Assembly: GCA_963783135.1 (NCBI GenBank)
Contig: CAWAMH010000002.1
Span: 29,525-93,524, forward strand
DNA: 64,000 nucleotides
Reading direction: 5' to 3'
Source: an uncultured Chloroflexia bacterium
GTDB lineage: Bacteria > Chloroflexota > Limnocylindria > Limnocylindrales > CSP1-4
Positions 41,607 through 51,667 of the stretch are shown here, in pieces. The position numbers and the translations under genes are program-made. The notes beneath the pieces are model-generated. The model saw only the letters and a list, made by a program, of their open reading frames with translations. It did not search any database and had not been told where the DNA came from. Position 1 is the stretch's first letter, and every line of letters starts with the position of its first letter.

Positions 41607-42881
41607 ATGGGTCTGAAGATCGCCGTCATCGGCGGCGGGAGCACCTACACGCCCGAGCTCGTCCAGGGCCTGGTCGATCGGGCCGCCAGTCTGCCTGTCG
41701 ACGAGCTCATCCTGCACGACATCGATCCGGACCGGCTCACGATCGTGGCGGGGCTGGCGGACCGGATCCTCCGCCGTCAGGGCTGGCCTGGTCGGTTGCG
41801 GACGACGGCCGACCACGTGACCGCGATCGACGGGGCGGGATACGTCCTGATCCAGCTCCGGGTCGGTGGCCAGGCCGCCCGTCTGACCGACGAGACGCTG
41901 CCCCATCGCTTCGGTTGCATCGGCCAGGAGACGACCGGCCCGGGCGGGTTCACGAAGGCCCTGCGGACGGTGCCCGTCGTCCTCGACCTCGCCGAGGAGG
42001 TCGCCCGCCGAGGTGCCCACGACGCCTGGATCGTCGACTTCACGAACCCGGTCGGGATCGTCACCCAGGCGCTCCTCGACGCTGGCCACCGGGCGATCGG
42101 CCTATGCAATGTGGCGATCGGGATCCAGCGCCGGATGGCCGTCCGGTTCGGAGTGACGCCCGATCGGGTCGAGTTGGAGCACGTCGGCCTGAACCACCTG
42201 ACCTGGATCCGGGCGATCCGGGTCGACGGGGTCGACCGGCTGCCCGAGCTCATCGCCGGTCACGCCGACGAGCTGGCCGACGAGAGCGGCGCCGCGCCCG
42301 AGTTGATCGCGGCCCTCGGGGCTCTGCCGTCCTACTACCTCCACTACTACTACGCGACCCGCGATGTCCTCGCCGAGCAGCTCGAGGGCGGGACCCGGGC
42401 CGAGGACGTCATGGCCATCGAGCGCGAGCTCCTGGAGCTCTACCAAGACCCGGCGCTCGACCACAAGCCGGCCCTGCTCGAGCAGCGCGGTGGCGCCTTC
42501 TATAGCGAGGCCGCGGCCCAGCTCATCGCCTCGCTGCATGCCGGGACCGGCGACACCCAGGTCGTCGACGTCCGCAACGACGGCGCCCTCCCGGACCTGC
42601 CCGCCCACGCCGTTGTCGAGGTCCCGGCCCGGATCGACCGGACCGGTGCCCACCCGTTGCCGCTCGCGCCGCTCGAACCCGAGATGCGCGGCCTGGTCCA
42701 GCGGGTCAAGGCCTACGAGGAGCTGACGATCGAGGCCGCCCTGACCGGCGACGAACGGGTCGCCCTTCTGGCGCTCCTGGCGAACCCGCTCGTCCCCGAC
42801 CTGCGCGCCGCCGAGGGCCTGCTCGCGGCGATCCTCGAGGTCAACGCCCGCTACCTGCCGCGGTTCGGGCACCACGCCTGA
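41607..42881 (+). CDS. GH4 family 6-phospho-beta-glucosidase (NAD/Mn-dependent)
   Basis: MGLKIAVIGGGSTYTPELV (Rossmann), FTNPVGIV, and GLCNVAIG (the GH4 Cys-Asn motif). A GGGAGG RBS is present. Confidence 0.9.
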   Translation: MGLKIAVIGGGSTYTPELVQGLVDRAASLPVDELILHDIDPDRLTIVAGLADRILRRQGWPGRLRTTADHVTAIDGAGYVLIQLRVGGQAARLTDETLPHRFGCIGQETTGPGGFTKALRTVPVVLDLAEEVARRGAHDAWIVDFTNPVGIVTQALLDAGHRAIGLCNVAIGIQRRMAVRFGVTPDRVELEHVGLNHLTWIRAIRVDGVDRLPELIAGHADELADESGAAPELIAALGALPSYYLHYYYATRDVLAEQLEGGTRAEDVMAIERELLELYQDPALDHKPALLEQRGGAFYSEAAAQLIASLHAGTGDTQVVDVRNDGALPDLPAHAVVEVPARIDRTGAHPLPLAPLEPEMRGLVQRVKAYEELTIEAALTGDERVALLALLANPLVPDLRAAEGLLAAILEVNARYLPRFGHHA

Positions 42882-42905
42882 GCAGGTCCGCCCCGGGACG
42901 CCGGT

Positions 42906-43988
42906 TCAGCGCGCGACGGCCAGGATCCGATCGAGGTCGAGCCGCTCGGCGACGAGCGCCTTGATCAGGGCGATCTTCTCGAGGTCCGCCGGGTGGGTCT
43001 TGACCAGGAGGTCGTGGACCTCCGAGGCGACCTCGTAGGTGTCCTCGGCGACGAGCGTCGCGAAGAGGTCCGCCCAGCGGATCTCGTCGATGACGGTCTG
43101 GCTCGGCCGGTAGCCACCGGTCAGCACGAGCCCGAGGGCCACCTCGGTCCCGGCGGTGTGGGCGGCCGTCAGCCGCAGGATGGCGTCCTCGCGATCGCCG
43201 GGCACGATGACGAGCGTGCCTGGCCCGATCCGCTCGAGCATGTGGACCGGCTCCATGGCCCCGATCGCGACGCTGTCGATGACCCGGTCGAGGTCCGGTC
43301 CCGGATGGAGGGTCTCGCCGTGGACGCCCTCGAGGACCATCGCCAGCGTCGGGTTCGACAGGATCGGCCGGTACGGGAGCACGCCGAGCAGCGGGATGCC
43401 GTACGGCGCGAGCCCGCGCTCGAGGACCCGGCTCAGGCCCGGCTGGGCATCGAGGTCGACCTTGTTGACGATGGCCCCGGCGACCTCGACCCCGTGGCTC
43501 GCGAAGTGGCTCGCATTGAGCACGATCTCGTCGATCGGCCGGCCCACCCCGCCCTCGCTGACGATCACCGCCGGGGCCTCGAGCATCGCGGCCACCACGG
43601 CGTTCGACAGGCCGATCACCGCGCCGACCCCGGCATGACCCGTCCCTTCGATCAGGGCGATGTCGTGACGCTCGGCGAGCCGGGCGTGGGCGGCCCGGAC
43701 CCGGGCGCCGAGATCCTCGACGACGTCGCCGTTGATGTACGCCTTCGTGAACCCGCGTGGGATGTGGACCGGGCTCATCGTCGGCATCGCGTCGGTCAGC
43801 CCGAAGACCTCGCGCATGAGCACGGCGTCCTCGTCGGCCGAGACGCCGTCCTCGATCACGGTCCGCTGGCCGACCGGCTTCATGAACCCGGCGTCGAGGC
43901 CGCGACCCACGAAGAGGTCGAACAATCCGAGGCTGGCGGTCGTCTTGCCGCGGTTCTGGCCGGTGGCGGCGAGATAGACCTGGCGCAT
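42906..43988 (-). CDS. stand-alone Pta-N-terminal-like protein (BioD/CobQ-like P-loop domain plus DRTGG domain)
   Basis: MRQVYLAATGQNRGKTTASLGL...IEGTGHAGVG... is followed by VIVPGDREDAILRL...LVLTGG. This resembles the regulatory N-terminal half of long phosphotransacetylases, with no PTA_PTB catalytic domain. Confidence 0.7.
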   Translation of the reverse strand: MRQVYLAATGQNRGKTTASLGLFDLFVGRGLDAGFMKPVGQRTVIEDGVSADEDAVLMREVFGLTDAMPTMSPVHIPRGFTKAYINGDVVEDLGARVRAAHARLAERHDIALIEGTGHAGVGAVIGLSNAVVAAMLEAPAVIVSEGGVGRPIDEIVLNASHFASHGVEVAGAIVNKVDLDAQPGLSRVLERGLAPYGIPLLGVLPYRPILSNPTLAMVLEGVHGETLHPGPDLDRVIDSVAIGAMEPVHMLERIGPGTLVIVPGDREDAILRLTAAHTAGTEVALGLVLTGGYRPSQTVIDEIRWADLFATLVAEDTYEVASEVHDLLVKTHPADLEKIALIKALVAERLDLDRILAVAR

Positions 43989-43996
43989 CGCGCCGG

Positions 43997-44599
43997 TCAG
44001 GCGCGGGTCGTGCGGCGCTCGATGAGCTGGACCGCGTCGCGCAGGCGCGACAGCGTGTCGGCGTCGATCGCGTCGGGCTCCAGGTACGGGGCCAGGCGCT
44101 CCATCACGTCGGCCACGAGCCCGAGGTAGACGCTCGCATCGGCCACGAAGAACTGCGGCTCGTTGTTGTAGCGAACCAACGTCAACCGACCCTGGAGGAC
44201 GCGCCGGTCCTCGACGTGGGCGACCTGGGTGGCGAAGTTGTGGCCCTGGATCCCGTCCGGGTTGTTGAGGAAGTTGAGGGCGTTGTCGATCGCCAGCCCG
44301 AACCGTGCCCGCCAGGCGACGAGCCGCTCGTGGACCTCCGATGGGATGTTGACGTCGGCGACCTCCTCGAACACCTCGGGCGCGACCGTCAGCAGCCCGA
44401 CGAGGGTGGTCCCGGCCCTGGCCCCGAGCATCACCTGGAGGCTGCGCTCGAGGGTGAAGACCTCGGAGTCGAAGCGCGGGCTCGTGATGACGTCGGTCAG
44501 CAGGTCCTCGACGTTGTCGAGGATCGTGGAATCCCCCACCGACGTGGCCAGATGGAGGATCTCCTCCTTGAACAGGAACTTCTCTTCATGGTCGAGCAT
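43997..44599 (-). CDS. hypothetical protein
   Basis: Internal Met of ORF 43997..44728: MLDHEEKFLFKEEILHLATSVGDSTILDNVEDLL... The composition is balanced. It lies between gdh and the DRTGG gene on the same strand. Confidence 0.55.
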   Translation of the reverse strand: MLDHEEKFLFKEEILHLATSVGDSTILDNVEDLLTDVITSPRFDSEVFTLERSLQVMLGARAGTTLVGLLTVAPEVFEEVADVNIPSEVHERLVAWRARFGLAIDNALNFLNNPDGIQGHNFATQVAHVEDRRVLQGRLTLVRYNNEPQFFVADASVYLGLVADVMERLAPYLEPDAIDADTLSRLRDAVQLIERRTTRA

Positions 44600-44687
44600 G
44601 GCCGCGATGGTACACCGCCGAAACCCCGAGACCCCGACTGGCCGGCCGGGGTCTCGAACTCTGCGGTGCGACGGGGCGACGGGACGA

Positions 44688-45953
44688 CTACGGGTAGAGG
44701 CCGCGCATCGCGGTGGCGTCGGCCACACGTTGGACCGCGAGGAGGTAGGCGGCGGTCCGCATGTTGACCTCCTCCGCGAGCGACATCGCGAGGGTGTCTC
44801 GGAATGCCTTGACCATGATCACCTTGAGCTTCTGGTTGACCTCGGCCTCGTCCCAGAAGTCGCGGTTGAGATCCTGGACCCACTCGAAGTAGCTGACGGT
44901 CACGCCACCGGCGTTGCACAGGATGTCGGGGATCGTGAACACGCCGTTCTGATACAGGATCGCGTCGGCCTCCGGGGTCGTCGGGCCGTTGGCCGCCTCT
45001 GCCACGATGCTCGCCTTGATCCGGCCGGCGTTGCGTTCGGTGATCTGGTTCTCGAGCGCGGCCGGGATGAGGATGTCGCAGTCGACCTCGAGGACTTCGG
45101 CGTTCGTGATGTCGGTCGCGCCGGGGAAGCCCTGGACCGTCCCATGCTCCTTCTTCCAGGCGATGACCCGATCCGGATCGAGGCCCTCCGGGTTGTGGAT
45201 GCCGCCCGTCGAGTCGCTGACGGCGACGACCAGGGCACCCTCGTCGCGGATCAGCCTGGCGGCGATCGAGCCGGCGTTGCCGAAGCCCTGGACCGCGACG
45301 GTGGCGCTGTGGAGGTCGAGCCGGCGATGCGCGGCGGCCTCGACGATGCAGAACACCGCGCCACGGGCCGTGGCCTCGTTGCGGCCCTCGGAGCCGCCGA
45401 GCGCGATCGGCTTGCCGGTGACGACCCCGGGGACGGTGTACCCGTTGTGCATCGAGTACGTATCCATGATCCAGGCCATCGTCTGGGCGTTCGTGTTGAC
45501 GTCGGGCGCGGGGATGTCCTTCTCGGGGCCGATGATGATGCTGATCTCGGTCGCGTAGCGCCGGGTCAGACCCTCCAGCTCCTTCATCGAGAGCTTCTTC
45601 GGGTCGACGATGACGCCGCCCTTGCCGCCGCCGTACGGGATCCCGACGACCGCGCACTTCCAGGTCATCCACATCGCCAGGGCCTTGACCTCGTCGAGGG
45701 TCACGTCCTGGTGATAGCGGATGCCGCCCTTGGCCGGGCCGCGGCCGAGGTTGTGCTGGACGCGGTAGCCGCTGAAGACCTGGACGCTGCCGTCGTCCAT
45801 CTTCACCGGGAAGTGGACGGTGAGCTCGCGCCGCGGCTCACGGAGGACCTTGCGCAGACCGGGGTCGAGGTTGAGCCGCTCGGCGGCGAGGTCGAACTGC
45901 TGTTGCGCGACCGCCCACGGGTTGATGGACGCAGCGGCCTGCTCGGTCGTCAT
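44688..45953 (-). CDS. gdhA: Glu/Leu/Phe/Val-family glutamate dehydrogenase
   Basis: Internal Met: MTTEQAAASINPW...GPAKGGIRYH...GIPYGGGKGG...VAVQGFGNAGS... A GGAGG RBS is present. Confidence 0.93.
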   Translation of the reverse strand: MTTEQAAASINPWAVAQQQFDLAAERLNLDPGLRKVLREPRRELTVHFPVKMDDGSVQVFSGYRVQHNLGRGPAKGGIRYHQDVTLDEVKALAMWMTWKCAVVGIPYGGGKGGVIVDPKKLSMKELEGLTRRYATEISIIIGPEKDIPAPDVNTNAQTMAWIMDTYSMHNGYTVPGVVTGKPIALGGSEGRNEATARGAVFCIVEAAAHRRLDLHSATVAVQGFGNAGSIAARLIRDEGALVVAVSDSTGGIHNPEGLDPDRVIAWKKEHGTVQGFPGATDITNAEVLEVDCDILIPAALENQITERNAGRIKASIVAEAANGPTTPEADAILYQNGVFTIPDILCNAGGVTVSYFEWVQDLNRDFWDEAEVNQKLKVIMVKAFRDTLAMSLAEEVNMRTAAYLLAVQRVADATAMRGLYP

Positions 45954-46212
45954 GAGTGAACGATTCCTCCGTTCGGCCGCCGGGACAGCGTCGGCCGGAT
46001 CCTGGGTCGTCTCCCGGACGACCCCACGGGGCGTCGCGATCGGGCCGCTCGGGCGCCAGGCGACACACGGTTCGAAGTCTTCGGGAGTATAGCCGCGGGC
46101 CTCGACTGACGTCGCGGTCCGGTTGCGCCAACGTTGCGGAGCGGTTGCGACCGCGTCCATAGGCCGTTCGGCCCATCCCGGGTCGTCGGTCGGGGGCCTC
46201 CGGTCCGGTCGG

Positions 46213-47070
46213 TCAGCTGGAGCGCTTGCGGAGGACGGCCGCGCCCACGGCTCCCGGCCCGAGGTGCGGGCCGACGGACGTTCCGACGAGCTCGATCGAG
46301 ACATGGGCTGGATCGATCCCGCCCGAGGCGTGGGCGACGAGCTGGTCGCGGAACGCCTCGACGTCGGCGCTGACGGTATGGAGCACCGACAGGCGCTCGA
46401 TCGGGTCCGCGGTGATGAACTCGATCGCCCGTTCGCGGGCCTTCGTCCGGGTCCGCACCCGGTCCACCGTGTCGACCACCCCGTCCTTGACCGAGATGAT
46501 CGGCTTCACCCCGAGCAGCGACCCGATCGCCGCCTGCGGGCCGCTGATCCGGCCGCCCTTCTTGAGGTACTCGAGCGTGTCGAGACAGACCACGACGAGG
46601 ACGTCGTCGACCCGAGCCTCGAGGGTCCGGGCGATGCCGTCGGCCGGGACGCCGGTCGCCGCGAGCTCGGCCGCGAGGATCGCGAGGAGACCCTGGCCCA
46701 TCGATGCGCTCCTCGAATCGACGAGGTGGATCTCCCGGTCGGCGAGCAGCTCGCGGGCGACCTGAGCGCTCTTGTGGGTGCCGGACAGGGTCGAGCCGAC
46801 GGTCACGCAGACGATCGCCTCAGCTCCGCCGGCGAACGCCGCCTCGAAGGTCTCCTTGAACACGCCCGGACTCGACGCCGCGGTCGTCGGGAAGGGCGCG
46901 TCGGGGGCGACCATCCGCTCCCAGAACGCCTCGGTCGTCAGCTCGACGCCCGCCCGGTAGCTGTCCGCGCCGAAGCTGACGATGAGCGGGACCACCACGA
47001 TCCCATGCCGGCTCGCGACGGCGCGGTCGAGGTCGGCGGCGGAGTCGGTGACGATCGCGACTGGGCTCAC
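46213..47070 (-). CDS. DegV family fatty-acid-binding protein
   Basis: VAIVTDSAADL...TTAASSPGVF...VTVGSTLSGTHKSA... Confidence 0.9.
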   Translation of the reverse strand: MSPVAIVTDSAADLDRAVASRHGIVVVPLIVSFGADSYRAGVELTTEAFWERMVAPDAPFPTTAASSPGVFKETFEAAFAGGAEAIVCVTVGSTLSGTHKSAQVARELLADREIHLVDSRSASMGQGLLAILAAELAATGVPADGIARTLEARVDDVLVVVCLDTLEYLKKGGRISGPQAAIGSLLGVKPIISVKDGVVDTVDRVRTRTKARERAIEFITADPIERLSVLHTVSADVEAFRDQLVAHASGGIDPAHVSIELVGTSVGPHLGPGAVGAAVLRKRSS

Positions 47071-47121
47071 GGACGGGGCCTCCTCCTGCGTGGCGGTGAT
47101 GATACGGTCGGCGACCAGCCC

Positions 47122-48474
47122 TCAGCCGAGCGCGACCTGGCCCTCGGCCCCTCCGTCGATGAGGTGCTCGACCGTCCGGAGCCGGCCGAGCGGGATGAGC
47201 GCGATGACCAGCGCGAGCATCGTCGCGATGAGGATCCCGTCGATCCCGCGCCAGTCGGCCGCGAACCCGCCGACGATGCTGCCGATGATCTGGCCGAGTG
47301 CGAGGAACACCGAGTAGAGGCCCATGATCGCGCCGCGGTCCGCCGGGAAGGCCTCGGAGATGTCGGCCAGCATGCCGAGCGCCGCGGGGGTCGCCCCCGC
47401 GAGGACGAACAGACCGGCGATCACGACCGCGCCCGCCACGAGCGTGACGACGGGGGACAGCCCGAGGCTGTGGTTGATCACCGCGACGGCCAGGACGCAG
47501 GCACCGCCGCCGAGGATCCCGTAGAACAGGATCGTCGTCCGGCGCATCTGGCGGAACCGCTCGCCCCAGTACGCGAGGCCGGCGAAGAAGACGATGCCTG
47601 CGAGGACGAAACCGACGCTGATCATGATCGGGTCGGCCCAGCCCATGAGGAACTGGTCGGCGAACCTCGGGGCTGGTTCCTTGACGAGCTGGAACAGCGA
47701 CTGGGTCGTCCACAAGCCGATCGCCGCGTTCACGGCGATCCACGTCGGGGCGAGGAGCCAGACGTGCGAGCTGCCCAGGACCTGGATGTAGCGGCGGGCG
47801 CCCGGATGGGGCTGCTTGGTGGTCTCCGTGTCGCCCGGGGTCTCGGGGACGCCGAACCGGTAGATGAGGAACGACACGACGTAGATCCCGGCATTGAGCA
47901 GGAAGCCGACCGGTCCGAAGATCGGCCAGACGACCCCAGCGGCCACGACCCCCGCGCCGAGGCCCGCCAGGGTCGCCGCCTCGAAACGCGCCGCGGCTCG
48001 GCCCCGGAGGAGCTCGTCACCGGCGGAGATCACCGCGATGAACCCGAGGATCGACGGCACGGACGCCGCCGTCGATGCGCCCTCGAGGATTCGGGTACCG
48101 CCGAGCAGTAACAGGTTCGTCGTGAAGAAGGTCAGGATCACCGCGACGAACCCGAACGCCGGCCCGAACTGCATCACCCGGTGGTGACCCCAGCGGTCCG
48201 ACAACATCCCGAACGGGGTCGCCAGCAGCAGCTCCGAGGCGTAGAACGCCGCGGTCATCAGCCCCAGGGCCCGTGCATCGACGGTCTGACCGCCCTCGGC
48301 GGGAGGCAGGTCGGCCAGATGAGCCAGGTAGTAGATGAGCAGGGTACCGGTCAGCCCGGTGCTGAAGCGTAGGGTGAACGTCCCGAGCAGGACCGCGCCG
48401 AGCGAGCGCGGGACGTCGCCCAGGATCCGGCGCAGGATCCCGGGGCGGTGGCCGTCGTCGGTGGCGGTCTCCAC
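47122..48474 (-). CDS. MFS transporter
   Basis: From GTG at 48472-48474: VETATDDGHRPG... followed by about 12 TM helices, with GMLSDRWGHHRV (MFS motif A-like). The upstream part of ORF 47122..49047 is Arg-rich and antisense to ggt. Confidence 0.8.
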   Translation of the reverse strand: METATDDGHRPGILRRILGDVPRSLGAVLLGTFTLRFSTGLTGTLLIYYLAHLADLPPAEGGQTVDARALGLMTAAFYASELLLATPFGMLSDRWGHHRVMQFGPAFGFVAVILTFFTTNLLLLGGTRILEGASTAASVPSILGFIAVISAGDELLRGRAAARFEAATLAGLGAGVVAAGVVWPIFGPVGFLLNAGIYVVSFLIYRFGVPETPGDTETTKQPHPGARRYIQVLGSSHVWLLAPTWIAVNAAIGLWTTQSLFQLVKEPAPRFADQFLMGWADPIMISVGFVLAGIVFFAGLAYWGERFRQMRRTTILFYGILGGGACVLAVAVINHSLGLSPVVTLVAGAVVIAGLFVLAGATPAALGMLADISEAFPADRGAIMGLYSVFLALGQIIGSIVGGFAADWRGIDGILIATMLALVIALIPLGRLRTVEHLIDGGAEGQVALG

Positions 48475-48589
48475 GGACGAAGGGTACCCGCGCGGCGCCA
48501 GCCCCGCGACGCGCCGCCGACCGCACGGGCAGCCCGGGTCGTGCCAGCGGACGGGAGCCGCGCCGGGTGGTCGGACTAGACTGGCCGGC

Positions 48590-50245
48590 GTGACGCGCCC
48601 GCTCGTCCCGATCCCCCTCGCCCGCGGCTCGCACGGCTCCGTCGTCGCCCCGCACCATCTCGCCTCCGCGGCCGGGCTCGCCATCCTCCGCGCGGGCGGC
48701 AGCGCGGTCGACGCGGCGGTGGCGACCAACGCCGTCCTGGCCGTCGTCGACGGCGATTCATGCGGGATCGGCGGCGACGCGTTCTGGCTCATCTGGGATG
48801 CCGCCGCCCGGCGCCAGTCGGCGCTCAATGGCTCGGGTCGGTCGTCGGTCCGGGCCGATGCCGCCGCCCTCCGCCGGCAGGGTCTCGAGCGCCTCCCGGC
48901 CCGCGGCGGTCCCGCCGTCACCGTGCCCGGGGCGGTCCGCTCGTGGGGCGACGCCCACGACCGGTTCGGGCGGCTGTCCCGAGCCGACATCCTGGCGCCG
49001 GCGATCCAGCTCGCGATCGACGGCTTCCCCGCCTGGGACGGGTTCATCGGCGCCGTCGAGCGCAGCGCGAGCCTCTTCGCCTCGGTCCTCGGCCGGGATG
49101 CAGCCTGGTTCGACGTCTACCGCCCGCACGGCCGGGCGTGGCGCCCGGGAGAGCGCGTCCGGCTGCCCGCGCTCGGGGCGACGCTGAGCCGCATCGCGGA
49201 CCTCGGCTGGGCTGAGTTCTATGAGGGCCAGACCGCCGACGACCAGGCTCGGACCCTGGACACCGCCGGGTCGCTCATCGGGCGGGACGACCTGGCTGCC
49301 CACCGCTCGACCTGGACCGAGCCGATCGGGATCGACTACCGCGGTGTCCGGGCGACGAGCCACCCGCCGAACAGCTCGGGGTTCGTGGCCCTCGAGATCC
49401 TCGCGATCCTCGAGCGGTTCGAGCCGCCAGCGGCGGCCACGTTCGCGGCCGGGACCGGCGCCGACCTTCGCTGGACCCACCTCGGGATCGAGGCCTCGAA
49501 GCTGGCGATGGCCGACCGGGATGCGCACCTGACCGACCCCGACGCGTCGCCGGCTCCGCTCGAACGCCTCCTCGATCCCGGCTACGCGGCCGAGCTCGCC
49601 GCACGGATCGATCCGGACCGGGCGGCCCGTCCGCCGGCGGCGACCGTCCCGAGCGGCGGCGGCACGGTCTGGCTCGGGGTGGTCGATGCCGACGGCAACG
49701 CCGTGAGCCTCATCGAGTCGAACTACATGGGCTTTGGCTCGGGCGTCGTGTGCCGCCAGACCGGCATCGCCTACCAGAACCGGGGCTCGTACTTCAGCCT
49801 CGACGCGGATCACCCGAACGTCCTTGCGCCGTCGAAGCGGACCCTCCACACGCTGCTTCCCGGGATGCTCTTCCGCGACGGCCGGCCCTGGGTCGTGCTC
49901 GGCTCGATGGGCGGCGACGCCCAGCCCCAGATCCACGCCGAGGTCGTCTCGGCCCTGGTCGACGGCGGGGTCGATGTCGCGACGGCGGTCGGGATGCCGC
50001 GCTGGTTCGTGGAGCCCGCCGAGCACTTCGCGCCACCCGACACGGTCCGGGCCGAACCCCGCTTCCGGCCGGGGTTGCTCGACGGCCTCGAGGAGCTCGG
50101 TCATCCCGTGGCCCGGACGGCGGCGTTCGACAGCGGTCTCGGTCACTGCCACGCGATCGAGCTCGTCGATGGCGGGCCCAGTCGGGACGGCACGCTGGCG
50201 GCGGCCACGGATCCTCGGAGTGCAGGACTGCCCGCTGTCTGGTGA
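48590..50245 (+). CDS. ggt: gamma-glutamyltransferase family protein
   Basis: VVAPHHLASAAGLAILRAGGSAVDAAVA...GIGGDAF...GGGTVWLGVVDADGNAVSLIESNYMGFGSG (nucleophile Thr region)...GSMGGD. The start was set at GTG 48590. Confidence 0.85.
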   Translation: MTRPLVPIPLARGSHGSVVAPHHLASAAGLAILRAGGSAVDAAVATNAVLAVVDGDSCGIGGDAFWLIWDAAARRQSALNGSGRSSVRADAAALRRQGLERLPARGGPAVTVPGAVRSWGDAHDRFGRLSRADILAPAIQLAIDGFPAWDGFIGAVERSASLFASVLGRDAAWFDVYRPHGRAWRPGERVRLPALGATLSRIADLGWAEFYEGQTADDQARTLDTAGSLIGRDDLAAHRSTWTEPIGIDYRGVRATSHPPNSSGFVALEILAILERFEPPAAATFAAGTGADLRWTHLGIEASKLAMADRDAHLTDPDASPAPLERLLDPGYAAELAARIDPDRAARPPAATVPSGGGTVWLGVVDADGNAVSLIESNYMGFGSGVVCRQTGIAYQNRGSYFSLDADHPNVLAPSKRTLHTLLPGMLFRDGRPWVVLGSMGGDAQPQIHAEVVSALVDGGVDVATAVGMPRWFVEPAEHFAPPDTVRAEPRFRPGLLDGLEELGHPVARTAAFDSGLGHCHAIELVDGGPSRDGTLAAATDPRSAGLPAVW

Positions 50246-50423
50246 ACCGGTCGCAGCCGGTCCGGACCGACACCGGCATAGGTCTGACGGACGCCGGAGC
50301 GACGGCCGCCACTCCGGGCGCTGACCCCGATCCGACCCTCCCCTATACTCCGCCCTGCCGGTGGCTGCTGCGCTCACGACCCGCGGCCACCGGCGTCGCC
50401 CAATCGTCGTCCGGGAGGGATCC

Positions 50424-50696
50424 GTGTCGTCCAACGTCGGTCAGAACTACCCCTACACCAGCGAGCCCGAGGAGGCGCGAGCACGCGCCATCGCGTCGAT
50501 CCTCGAGGCTCACCCGGAGCTGACCGACAAGCTCGCGACCGAGTCCACGCCGCTCGATTCGAACGACCGTTGGTGGGTCTGGAAGTGCCCGACGAAGGGC
50601 TGCTCCGGTCTGCTCCACGCCGCGGGCTACGCGGTCGAGAAGCACGCGGTCTACGTGGCCTGCGACGGCACCTGCGGGAAGACGTTCCTGCGCTGA
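50424..50696 (+). CDS. small Cys-containing hypothetical protein (possible zinc ribbon)
   Basis: A GTG follows GGGAGGG. VSSNVGQNYPYTSEPEEARARAIASILEAHPELTDKL...WWVWKCPTKGCSGLLHAAGY...VACDGTCGKTFLR (CxxxC...CxxxC). Confidence 0.5.
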   Translation: MSSNVGQNYPYTSEPEEARARAIASILEAHPELTDKLATESTPLDSNDRWWVWKCPTKGCSGLLHAAGYAVEKHAVYVACDGTCGKTFLR

Positions 50697-50751
50697 CACC
50701 ACGGGCGCGATTGGCCTATCTCGGTAGGCCAACACGCGGTACCATCCCGGG

Positions 50752-51661
50752 ATGACGTCCCCGATCGCGCCTCCGACGACCGACGTCGCGACGTCGCGCC
50801 GCCAGCTCTGGCAGGAGTCGGCCGGCATCGCCGTGTCGGCCACCGGGTTCGGGTTCGTCTATGGACTGGCCGCGCGCGGCGCCGGATTCTCGCCGATCGA
50901 GGCGATGGCGATGAGCGTCTTCGTGTTCGCCGGCGCCGCCCAGTTCGCCGCGGTCGGCTACGTCGCCGGCGGATTGGCCTGGCCGGGGGTCATCGTCCTG
51001 ACCGCGTTGCTCAACGCTCGCCATCTGCTCTATTCGGCGGCCCTCGCACCGTGGCTCCGCGACCGTCCGACGCGGACGCGCGCGCTGATGGCTCACCTCC
51101 TGACCGACGAGGCCTTCGCGCTGTCGATCGCTCACTTCCAGCGGATCGGCCGCGCCGACGATCGCGGCTACTGGATCGGGGCCGTCGTGGCGACCTTCAT
51201 CCCGTGGAACCTGGCGACGCTCGCCGGGGTGATGCTCGGCGGCCAGTTCACCGATCCGTCCCGGCTCGGGCTCGATGTCGTCTTCCCGGCCGCGATGGCC
51301 GGTCTGTGCGTCGGCCTGATCACCGGCCGGCGTGAGCTCGTCGCCGCCGCCGTCGGAGCGACGGTCGGGGTGGTCGTCAGCCTCGCGTTCGGGACCGGGG
51401 TGGGGATCGTCGTCGGCGGTCTCGTCGGGCCGCTCGCCGGCCTGCTCGTCCCGAGCGCGAAGGCACACGAGGTCGCACCGCTCGGTTCGGCCGCCTCGGC
51501 CGAGCGGTACGCGATGCCCGCCTCCCCGCACGAGGCGTTCGAGACCGAACCCATCGACGAGTCGCCGGCGAGCCGCGACGGCGCCGGCGGGAGCCGCGAC
51601 GCCGCCGGTGGGGCCAGCGGGAGCCGAGCGGGCCGGCGGGGACATCCGATCCGGGGGGTGA
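50752..51661 (+). CDS. azlC: AzlC family branched-chain amino acid exporter subunit (stop masked by a probable homopolymer error)
   Basis: GFGFVYGLAARGAGFSPIEAMAMSVFVFAGAAQFAAV...LLNARHLLYS is typical AzlC. As sequenced the frame runs on to 52023 across azlD. One G fewer in GGGGGG (51653-51658) places TGA at 51659-61 in frame, 6 nt before the azlD GTG. Confidence 0.75.
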
Positions 51662-51667
51662 CCTCCG

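Noticed and set aside
45954-46212. The 260-nt gdh leader with a TATACT box and a perfect 8-bp hairpin (GGGTCGTC-cggga-GACGACCC), considered as a nitrogen-responsive riboswitch.
   Set aside because: It does not resemble the glutamine riboswitch or any other class I can recall. It could simply be a structured 5' UTR.
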